Position numbers and translations under genes: made by a program
The notes under the pieces: model-generated
What the model saw: the letters and a program-made list of their open reading frames with translations, nothing else
What the model was told of the DNA's origin: nothing
Database searches by the model: none
Source: Octopus vulgaris
Taxonomy: Eukaryota
Reading direction: 5' to 3'
Length of the DNA stretch: 64,000 nucleotides
Assembly: GCA_951406725.2 (NCBI GenBank)
Contig: OX597823.1
Span: 48,236,001 to 48,300,000, forward strand
Shown: in pieces, positions 26,376 through 37,241 of the stretch
How the letters are laid out: each line of letters opens with the position of its first letter
Position numbering within the stretch: the stretch's first letter is position 1

Positions 26376-26530
26376 AAGAGAGAAGGAGAGAAAGAGAGAT
26401 AGATAGATAGGTAGATAGATAGATAGATAGGTAGATAGATAGATAGGTAGATAGATAGATAGATAGATAGATAGATGGATAGATAGATAGATAGATAGAT
26501 GGATAGATTTGTGTCTTTGTATGTATATAT
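25320..26530. repeat. Compound (TA)n/(TG)n/(TAGA)n microsatellite field
   Basis: Direct inspection. Confidence 0.9.
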
Positions 26531-26533
26531 ATA

Positions 26534-27036
26534 TTTATATATATAAAACTCTAGTTGTGTGAGTGTCTGTCCCCTTCGATTTAGATTCCTAACTCCTCCC
26601 ACATTTTGCGGTGCAGTTTAACCAAATTCGGGTATCTTATAGTCGTGATTAATATCAAGCCCATCTGGCTATTAGCACACGTCAACGATGAGTCTACGAT
26701 TTAAAAAATAATTTAACATCATTTTTTATTCCATTTTAATGCATAATTTTTCGTGTGTCGATGGCGGCGGAGTTGGCGTCCACGCTCAAACACTTGCACC
26801 TGTGTTTGCTTCTCCCTCGTGAAGCTGTGGGGAAGGGAGTTTAAGGAAATCAACGTCGTAATGCGTTGTCAAGGAGACCAGCGTTCTTTTAGAACAATGA
26901 CTTCATGGCTTGAAGACACCAAAACAGAAATGGCTAAGAAAGCCCGAATTGGCATCTATAAAGGAAGTAACTCTCTAAAAATGCTTATATAGTTATTTCC
27001 CTTACAAACCCGAGCAACGCCGGGCGATACTGCTAG
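26534..27036 (+). mobile_element. Non-autonomous Helitron
   Basis: 5' T(T)TATATATATAAAA resembling the TC... start; 3' hairpin CCCGAGCAACGCCGGG (27009-27024) 8 nt before terminal CTAG; lies between A and T with no TSD. Confidence 0.8.
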
Positions 27037-27263
27037 TATATATATATAGGTAGAGGTATAATTCTAAAGATATTGAGTTTTGTTTCCACATGTTATTTCA
27101 CAGAATGGTATACCTTGGGCAATTGTCTTTAGTGTACTGTAATTTGTTTATATATATGTGTGTGTGTGTGTGTGTATACATACACACATATATATATAAT
27201 ATATAGCTATATAGATAGATAGATATATTATATATATATATACATATATATATATATACATAC

Positions 27264-27320
<57 letters not shown>

Positions 27321-27332
27321 CATACACATATA

Positions 27333-27560
27333 CAGGGTCTGATGGGTAAATTGTCGCCATTTTATACTTTTAATTTTGCACATGTGCATTATTTGCTTTT
27401 GAATTTGTAGTCTACACAGTATAGTAGGGTCTGCTGGGCACTGTCTGTGAGAAAAACAGCACTATCACACAATTCACTTTGCTGGTGTGTGCATTGCAAA
27501 TTATGAATTAAAATACAAAGCAGTGCAAATATTAGCAACATTGTATTCCATAAAAGCCTG
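27333..27560. mobile_element. Tc1/mariner-type MITE
   Basis: TA-cagggtctgatgggtaaattgtcgccat left TIR; decayed right TIR agcaacattgtattccataaaagcctg. Confidence 0.5.
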
Positions 27561-28184
27561 GCATGGAACAAAAAAAAATAACAAGGTATTCAGTGTGAAC
27601 TTTGAGAAGGTAAGATATTCTACATGCCTTACCATTTCTATTAACAGAGCATCAGAATAAAAATGTCTTGAAGAATTTCCTCCAATTTCTTCCACTTCAT
27701 TACATTCTCAGTTCAGATTCTATCAAAATCAACATTGTCTTTCATCCTTTGAGGGTTAATAAAATAAAGTACTATTCATGTACTGGGGTCAGTGGTATCA
27801 AAAAATCCCTATTCCTTTGAAACTGCTGGCCTTTTATTACCTTGATTAGAAACCATTATTAAAGTGTTGTAGAAAGACAGTTTATCTTGAAGTTTCTTGT
27901 TATCCATCCGCAATCACAAATTAAAGCATCTCACCTTCAAACTAGGAACCTCTACTATTCAAAATGTGAATTTACAGCACAAATTTGATTATGCCTCCCA
28001 GTCAAGTGCCCACCCCCATTCACGTTCTCACTTCTAGTATTCTCCTTTCCTCCTCCCCCTCTGCTTCCTTTATCAAGATTTCCCTAAAATCCCGTTATGT
28101 AAATTTGTGCATATGTTTATAGTCATGTACGTATGAGTGCATATCCTCACATTTTCTTGTGTGACGGAATACATGCACAGACTA

Positions 28185-28340
28185 TAGGCACAGGCGTAGC
28201 TTTGTGGTAAGAAGTTTGTTTCCCAACCATATGATTCTGGGTTCTGTCTGCATGGTAACTCGGGCAAGTGTCTTCTGTAGTTTTGGGCCAACCAAAGCCT
28301 TATAAGTAGATATGGTAAGCAATAACTGAAAGAAGTGTGC
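28185..28340 (+). mobile_element. SINE family 2 head
   Basis: ggcacaggcgtagctttgtggtaagaagtttg...cgggcaagtgtcttct. Confidence 0.75.
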
Positions 28341-28469
28341 AATATGTATGTGTATACATACATACATACATACATATATACATTCATACATATGTAACAT
28401 GTGTACATATATATATATATGTAATGTGAGTTCATGGCTGTTTCCTGCACCGGCTTCAAATAGAAGCCA

Positions 28470-29133
28470 CAGCCCTTCCAAAGTGCCTTGGATCGTAGGG
28501 CGACCTACTGTGCTTGAGGAGACCTACTGAGTCAAGTACGTCAGCATCAAAAATGAAATGCGATACCTGTGCCGGTGGCATGTAAAACGCACCATCTGTA
28601 CGTGACCGATGCCAGACCCACTTTGACTGGCTTCTGTGTCGGTGGCATGTAAAAAGCACTAACCGATTATGGCTGTTGCCAGCCTCCCGTGGCACCTAAA
28701 AAACACCATCCGTATGTGGCTGATGCCAGTGCCGCCTTGACTGGCTTCCGTGCCGGTGGCATGTAAAAAGCACCAGCCATTTGTGGCTGTTGCCAGCCTA
28801 CCCTAGCACCTGTGCCAGTGGCACCTAAAAAACACCATCCGTATGTGGCCGATGCCAGCGCCGCCTTGACTGGCTTCCGTGTCGGTGGCACGTAAAAACC
28901 ACCAACCAATCGTGGCCATTGCCAGCCTCCCCTGGCACCTGTGCTGGTGGCACGTAAAAAGCACCCACTACACTGACGGAGTGGCTGGCATTAGGAAGGG
29001 CATCCAGCTGTAGAAACACTGCCAGATCAGACTGGAGCCTGGTGCAGCCTCCTGGCTTCCCAGACCCAGGTCAAACCGTCCAACCCATGCTAGCATGGAA
29101 AACGGACGTTAAACGATGATGATGAGGATGATG

Positions 29134-29135
<2 letters not shown>
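28470..29135 (+). mobile_element. RTE LINE 3' UTR with ~60-bp units and (GAT)n tail
   Basis: Reverse complement of the 8842-9100 family; ends ggacgttaaacgatgatgat. Confidence 0.9.
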
Positions 29136-29178
<43 letters not shown>

Positions 29179-29183
29179 AAACT

Positions 29184-29909
29184 AATGCAAATAATCATAA
29201 AATAGAGAAAACCTCAGATTACCAAGCACATCGATTGGACCACATTTATAGATTATTTTTTAATACAAAGCATGGCATAACAAACAGGTGATGTAACATA
29301 TCTTAGGTCCATATCCGATCAGTTGCCAAAATGCTGTCTATAAATAAATGTAAGAATAATGTTCTCCATCTTCATAGGGCATTCGAATTAAGGTACGGAG
29401 CTTCATCAGAGTAAAAAACTTATATACATTCTCTTGATAACTTCTTTTTTTAAATACCTCCTCCCCACCCACAACCACCACTTTAAATTGCATCAACCTG
29501 TTTATAAATAGTGGTATTCCCTAGACCACTCCTAGCTCTCTCTTTTACCTACAGACTTCGTAGCCTCTGACGGTAAATTATTTGCTTTTAACATATTGGG
29601 TTTCTAGATTTTTTTGTCTAGGCCATGTTTTCTTTCCTTTTCCTTCTTCCCTTTGTTTATATTTTATACTCTTGTTTTTTACTCTGATGAAGCTCCATGC
29701 CTTAATTCGAATGCCTTATGAAGATGGAGAACTTTATTCTTGCATTTATTTATAGACAGCATTTTGACAACTGATCAGAAACGGCTGTAAGATATGTTAC
29801 ATCACCCATTTGTTATGTTATGCTTCGTATTAATTAATAAGCTATAAATGTGGTCCAATCGATGTGCTTTTCAATCTGGGGTTTTCTCCATTTTCTAATT
29901 ATTTGCATT
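29184..29909. mobile_element. PLE-like element with 236-bp inverted arms and hammerhead-like motif
   Basis: Arms 29184-29419 / 29674-29909 next to (TA)n; right arm holds CTGATGA (29684) and GAAACGGCTGTA (29778-29789). Confidence 0.6.
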
Positions 29910-31823
29910 GGTTCCTGATAAACTCTTGTTTACCCTGTTGTTACCTGCACTCTACATGCATGGTGTGCCTGCATACCAATTCCCGGGGATAACACAGGTT
30001 ACAGATACCGATAGTATATTTGGATATTTTATTCCTTCGTTGGTTATTCTAACCACTAACTCTGCTTACACTGTGTGTGTGTGTGTGTGTGTGTGTGTTT
30101 GTGTGTGTGTGTTTGTGTGTTTGTTCCTCCACTCTACCATCTGGAAACTGGGGTTGGTTTCTTTCTCTCTCCCATAACTTAGTAGTTTGGCAAAAGAGAT
30201 TGACAGAATAAGTACCACATTTAAAAAAATAAATACTAGGGGTGATTTGCTTGACTAAATCCTTCAAAGGGATGCCCCAGCATGGCCGCAGTCCAATGAC
30301 CGAAACAAGTAAAAGATAAGAGTCAGAAAATGATTCTTGTGTTTGCATTTAAGCTTGTACCACAGTGTGTATGTGTGTGAGAGCCCATGAAGGATAGCAT
30401 TTATATATAAAGTCTATACTGCTGGTTTATATTCAATCATTCTTTACAATTTTCTTCAGCTGCCTTTATTTTCTAGGAACAGTTTTGCTCCATATTTCTT
30501 TACTTCTTCCCCCAACTACTACTAACCTTTTTCAACCCTTCCTTTGTCTTCACTTGAGCTTCTCATCAGCTTTGTTTGACGATTCATCTCTCTTTAGTTT
30601 CCCTCTCCCATTCTTAACTTCCTCCATTTTCATTCCTCTCACTCTCCACTCGCAACACCTCTCTCTCTGACCTTCTTCCCATTCTCTCCACATATCACCC
30701 TCTCTATTGAATATTTTTTCCATGAATCCTTTTCCCTTTTTTTTTTTTTGATATTTCGGAAATGTCCTCTGGCTGAGTGCATATTCTTTTGTCTTCCTCT
30801 ACTTTCACTTTCTGTTTCTCCTTCCACTCTTAACTTGGACATTATCTCTTACTTCTACCCAATTTCAACCATTGACTTCTTCCTTCCCTCCCCAGCCCTA
30901 CTTCCTCTCTCCCACACTTTCATCCATTTCAGTGCTCCTGACTTCTCACTCCCCTTATATCACTTCCATATCCCTCCCCATCACTCCAAACATCACCCCA
31001 ACTCGCACATATCCTTTGCCTCAACTTCTTTCTTCTTTACTAATATTCAGCCAAATTGATAAGGCCAATTTCTCTCCCCCCTCCTTCCCATTTTTCTCTC
31101 TTTCTCTCTCTCTTTCTTTTCTCTTCACCCCCTCCCCTTGTCTCTGTGCCTCTCTTCCTCATTCTCATACAAAGAAAAGGAGCCTCCCCATATGTTAGAT
31201 TCTTCATTCTTCTCAGCCACTCAATTTACCAAACTCTTTTACAAACTTTCTAATTCTTTTAAGTACACAAAAGGTTTGGAATGATTGTTATATAAATACT
31301 CAACTAACCCGAAGACTTGGGTTCATGAGCCTCAGACCATAGCAGAAGTTAAAAATTATCTGAGTATTCATCTTGAGGAATCAGTTTGGTACCTCAGCTT
31401 CTGTCTGGAGTAACTTGCATCTTCTAAAACTGAACCCAAGTCATATTCATTTCAAAGCAATTACTTCCTCACTCAACCTCCAAGAAATAGCAGTCAAATT
31501 TCCATCAAATCACACTTTACCATCTTAAAAAGAAAGTACATCTTTTATCTTTTACTCATTTCAGTCATTGGATAGCAGCCATACTCTGATACCTCTCTAA
31601 ATGGTTTAATCAGACAGATCAACCCCAGTACATTTTTTTTTTCTTGTAAGTTTGGTATTTACTCTACTGATCACTTTTTGCCAAACCACTGCGTTACATG
31701 GACATGAACGAACCAACACTGAATGTCAAGTATGGGGTAGGAGACAAACATAAACACAAAGATATACATACACACACACACATACGTACACACACACACA
31801 TACACATGCGTGCACATACACAC

Positions 31824-31998
31824 ACTTCAAAGTTTCAGCCAGCTAAGCTATCATAGGATGATGGCTTAGCTGGCCGAAACTTCAAAGTCACAGTCAACAA
31901 TATTCTTGTATAAGGATAGTAAATTTGTACTCTACAAATATATAGAGTAACCAACCAGATTAATGTAAAATTGTTTTTATAACTGAAACAAACGTTAT
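31824..31998 (+). mobile_element. Short PLE-like terminus with 5'-truncated hammerhead folded back on itself
   Basis: GATGA-TGGC-ttagctg-GCC-GAAAC-TTCAAA-GTC (31857-31889) preceded by its inverted copy; ends in (TA)n. Confidence 0.6.
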
Positions 31999-32047
31999 TA
32001 TATATATATATATATATATAGATATATATATATATATATATATATAT

Positions 32048-32447
32048 AGGTGCAGGCATGGCTGTATGGTAAGAACCTTGCTTCCCAGCCACATAGTTTC
32101 AGGTTCAGTCTCACTGCATGGTGTCTTGGGCAAGTGTCTTCAATCCAACCAAAGCCTTGTGAGTGGATTTGATAGATGGAAACTGAGAGAAGCCCATTGT
32201 ATTTGCCCCTAGGTTTAAATTGTTAATGGGCCACATATATTATAATATATTTCATATATTATATTATTTTATTTATATTTTATATATATATATATATTTA
32301 TTGGCCTGCTCACTTAGCCAGCAGGGTGGCGTCATTTGAAGGCTAAAACAATGCGAAATGCATTGTGACCAGCGATGTGTGTAGCAGCATTTGATAGCCT
32401 GGTCAATCACTGTGATCACGGTGGTGATATATATGTGTGTGTGTGTG

Positions 32448-32488
<41 letters not shown>

Positions 32489-32690
32489 CAATATATGTAT
32501 ATATCTATGTGTGTCTTGTGTTGGTGCGTTTGTGTCACCGTAACTTAGCAGTTCAGCAAAAGAGACCTATAGAATAAGTACTAGGCTTCAAAAATAAGTC
32601 CTGAGGTCGATTTGCTTGGATAAAATCCTTCAAGGCAGTGCTCCAGCATGGCCACAGTCAAATGACTGAAACAAGTAAAAGAAATAAAAG
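32048..32690 (+). mobile_element. SINE family 2, interrupted by an unrelated insert (32295-32430) in its central microsatellite
   Basis: Head ggtgcaggcatggctgtatggtaag; tail gctccagcatggccacagtcaaatgactgaaacaagtaaaag. Confidence 0.8.
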
Positions 32691-32995
32691 AATTTGTCAC
32701 TAAGCAGTTCGCTCGGCGTGCTAACATTTCTGCCAGCTTGCCGCCTTCTGTACAATTTCTGTCTACCAAATTTACTTACAGGTTATTGGTTGATCCTGGA
32801 CTTTAGTAGAAGATACTTGAGACACTTGGCCAAAGTACCACACAGTGGGACTGAATCCTGAATCTAAAATCATGTGATTGCAAAGCAAGCTTCTTAATTA
32901 CACAGCCATACTTGTACTTATTAATTAGAAAAATATGGAAGGATTCTAATAATTGTTTGTACTCTTTGCACAGGGGCCACATGATAGGCTTAGTG

Positions 32996-33230
32996 GAGGT
33001 GCATGGCTTAGTGGTTAAGGTGTTGGATTCATGAGCATAAGACTGTAGTTCCAATTCCTGGACCAGGCGATGTGTTGTGTTCTTAAGCAAAACACTTCAT
33101 TTCACATAGCTCCAGTCCACTCAGCTGGCAAAAATGAGTAACCCTGTAACAGACCGGTGTCCTGTCCAGGTGAGGAATTTATATGCCATGGACACAAACC
33201 CTTATGAGTTGGCATGAGTCAAGAAGGTAA
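32996..33230 (+). mobile_element. SINE family 1
   Basis: GAGGTGCATGGCTTAGTGGTTAAG...GTTCTTAAGCAAAACACTTCATTTC...GCTCCAGTCCACTCAGCTGG. Confidence 0.8.
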
Positions 33231-34801
33231 CCTTTACCTTTTACTTACACCATAGGCTTGGGAACAGAGGGTGCAGGGGATGTAGGTGTACCCACTAAAA
33301 TATTTGTTAGGCAACGAAAATGCTTTGAACATCCTCCTGAAAAAACTGGGCTTGCATCTTCAAAGTAAATTTTATTGCTGCACTTCTGTCTCTTTCCAAC
33401 TTTAGAATATGTACTGCTGAAGCAGCATTGAATGATGTTGTCTGAGCTACATTATGCCTAAAAAAAAAGAGGGGGTTGGTCATGACTGGAACATTTCTGA
33501 TCACAAGTCTGATCATTCTGGACTGGTTTGGGGAGTTATAGAACAACTAATGATATACTGTATCCTCACCATAGCTGTTACTTGAGTACCGTATGATCTC
33601 GGAGTAGACTAAAGTACAGGGTATACAAATTATCGGAATATAATCATTATCATTGCTAAATGAGGCTTCTCATAAAGAAAAGAACAAAAATAACATCACA
33701 TTAAAATTTGTAGAACATCACCATAACATGTGTAAAATATGTGTGAAGATTAAAAGGTGTTGAACATCAGCAGAACATGTATAAAAATCAATTAAAGATT
33801 AATGATTCATATTTCAATTTAATTTTCAGAAGTTTGATATATTGATAGTAAGCGATGCATTTACTTTCAATCGTATGAGCCGCGAAATTGTGATCGCTCC
33901 ATCAGAAGTCATGGCTAATTGCTCAAGATATCAAATAATAAATGTTGGACTGTGATTGCTTTTATTGGATATGCCATTAATTGTGAAACCATCCATGAAG
34001 TTGCTGATTATAACCAATCAAACCATTGATGAAACCACTGATTATAACCAAATTTTATACTTCTTGTCTGTAAAATAAACACTATAAACAGGTACAGTTG
34101 ATATGTGGTTTAAACCACACAACACAGTTATTGCAATACACATATTACTTCATTTTAGGCTGGCGTAATGGTAAATAGTTACTAATCCTGATAGAAGATA
34201 TACAATTTAGTACTGAGGAATTCAATTAGCCTTGGTAGCATTTACAAATCTAACTAGATCTGTAGAAAGGTTACGCACACACATAAACACACACACACAC
34301 AAACATGCACACATGCACGCAGACAATCTATCTATGTATTAAAAGTTCATCGCCAATCTTCTTTATCCATGTGGAATTACTATGAAAGAGAAAGGAGTTT
34401 CTAGAATTTATTATAATTTCCAATCTACTTTCATTTATAGTGGTGAAGATCTTGCTGAATTCTATTGCTAGGAATTGAATTTATTACAAACTAGTGAACC
34501 AACAACAAGAATTAATATCAAAAGGCAGAAATATAAACGAATACTACCTCAAGCACTTTACTCAAATACAAAATCTAGAAATTCAAAATTTATAACAGTG
34601 AATTGTTGAATGTTCTGTTAAATATGTACCCACGCAAGAACACAATATTCTGTAAGTATATAACATATTCGCAGTTAACAAAAGGAATCCCTACATAGTC
34701 ACTCTACCTGCAAGATATAGCAGCCAAATACTCCTTAATTCATAGACTGCTATTTTAAAAATAAATGGATACAATTTTCAATTACAAGGATGCATAAAAT
34801 A

Positions 34802-35369
34802 TTGGGTTGTCCGGAAAGTTCGTGCCGATTTATAGTAGCTTACTTTTTGACTTATTTCAGAACATGGTTGAGTCCATAAAATAGGTCTTGACTACACCTC
34901 CATTTAGTGAACAGTTTAAGCTATATTTTTGTGGAAGAAGGTTTATGTTCCTATAACCTGTGTTAATTCTGTATCCCTTTAAAATGGAAGATAAGAAAAA
35001 GTTCATTTTCAGCACTTGATGCTTTGGGAACCAGACAAAAATTGCTGCAGCTCGGCTGGGATGTGTTACCCCACCCTCCATATTCACCATATATCGCCCC
35101 TTCGGATTTCCACTTATTCAGATCTCTGCAGAACAGTCTTAATGGTAAAAATTTCAATTCCTTGGATGACGTAAAAAGATACCTTGATGAATTCTTTGCC
35201 ATGAAAGCACATCAATTCTGGGAAGAGAGTATTTTCAAGTTAAAGGAAAGATCGAGACACATTGTGCAACAAAATGGTTCATATTTGGTTGATTAAAAAT
35301 GTAATGGCAAGTATTTATTGACCTTTTTCTTTCCTTTAAAAATCAGCACGAACTTTCTGGACAACCCAA
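34802..35369 (+). mobile_element. Internally deleted mariner transposon
   Basis: TA-flanked ~30-bp TIRs ttgggttgtccggaaagttcgtgccgattt / aaatcagcacgaactttctggacaacccaa; transposase C-terminus LPHPPYSPYIAPSDFHLFRSLQNSL (YSPDLAPxD motif) joined to a short N-terminal stub. Confidence 0.95.
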
Positions 35370-35767
35370 TAGATCTTCAAATTTGTGTTTGTGGAGTATA
35401 TGTTCTATGGCTTTACTCTGTCACTACATGCAACTATTTTCTGTTAAGCAGGGTCAGTGATGTGCACGTTTCAGTCGCATATATCAGTGGCACATTTTAG
35501 TGGCACATTTCAGTGTCTCATTCTTGTGCCACATTCAAATGATGACAGTTAGTTAGCCATGTGATAAGTAAACAAAGACTCAAAATTTGCTTTTTTCTCT
35601 GATAAACATCCTATAAAAGGTGCAAGTGAGGCAGTATGGTAAGAAGCTGGCTTCCTAACCACAATAATTGCAGGCTGACCAAAGCTTAGTGAGTGGATTT
35701 GGTAGATGGAAACTGAATGAAGCTCATTGTATATATAAATATATTTACATATATAAATGTGTGTGTG

Positions 35768-35811
35768 TGTAAGCTACTATAAATCGGCACAAACTTTCCA
35801 GACAACCCAAT
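35768..35811 (-). mobile_element. Isolated left end of the same mariner family
   Basis: gtaagctactataaatcggcacaaactttccagacaacccaa is the reverse complement of 34802-34843. Confidence 0.85.
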
Positions 35812-36075
35812 GCATGTATATATATATACACATATATACATACTTTTTACTTTTTGCTTCTTTCAGTTATTAGACTGTGGCCATGCTGGGGCATCACCTT
35901 GAAGAATTTTAGTTGAATGAATCAACCCTAGAACTTATATTTGTTTACCTATTTTAAAGTCTTGTACTTATCTATCTCTTTTTCTGAACTGCTAAGTTAC
36001 AGGAATATAACCTCACCAACAATGATTGTCAAGCAGTAGTGGAGGACAGCCACAGACACACATATATGTATATAT

Positions 36076-36112
<37 letters not shown>

Positions 36113-36115
36113 TAG

Positions 36116-36146
<31 letters not shown>

Positions 36147-37241
36147 GATAGATAAAGCAAATAAGTAATAAGGATGTTCAGGTGTCAGTGCATTACGGCC
36201 ATTTCAAGAGGTTCCATTTAATTGATCAATGCAAACATTACATCAATTTGAAATAAACTACACTTCTCAGTTACATACGACCATGTAAATTTCCAACATA
36301 CAGGATATTCCGTTAGAATTTTAGTCAGTACTACAGACTAAATACATTGCTTCTTTTTGCTATTATTTTGCTATTATTGTAGGGAAAAAATACCTAAATC
36401 CTGCTATAATTTAGAGTGGCTGAATGAAATAATGGGATCAATAAAGGGGAATGGTGACATAGCTACTTTCGTTTCTATCCTTATCACATTCAACAGACCC
36501 AATGCAGCAAGTAGTCTACATCCCATTAAAATTAAAACCATTGGGAATTGACAATTAAGTTCTTGTTGGTGGAGATAAATTAATGTCAGATATTCTTCCA
36601 TACTCCTATTTCATTATGACCATAAAATCAGCCATACTTATATAAAAGAATATGTCTCAGAAGATGCTAGTTAGATAATGATATAAAGATGAGGTGATAA
36701 CCTGAAAGAGGAGGGACAGGAGTAGCTTAACATATTATGATTATTAACTAAAAGGGCCTAAAATGGAAAGCAAAGATCATATTGAGATATAAGCATGTGA
36801 ATTAGGAATACAGTGGGGAAAATGTGTATCTAAAGTTAGTAAAGTTTATCTATTAAAATATTAAGATTTAGAAAAGTATTTAAGGATCCAGTAAGAGAAG
36901 AGGGATAGATAAAACAATCTAAGCCATAAGTGTGGGGTATTTCTATATAGAAAGAAACCTCATAATGCTTATCTCTAGGATAATGTTAAGGTGGTAATGA
37001 TAAAATTGTTCAACAATGAATCTATAATAAAATTCAGATATTATCCAAGTAGGGGTATGCATTTTCTTCTGAATCGAAACCAAATATTAAGGGCTAAAAA
37101 TAAGATAAATATTTCTATAACAGGTACACTTATTTAAAAACCTTTGAAAATATATATATTAAAAAATTACCAACATTTTCAAAAAATCTGAATTGATATA
37201 AGATATAAAAATATCATATATATATAGATATACATATATAT

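Noticed and set aside
36357-36601. Small ORFs duplicated at 44193-44437 suggesting a conserved peptide
   Set aside because: Duplication simply reflects the inverted arms; no recognisable domain
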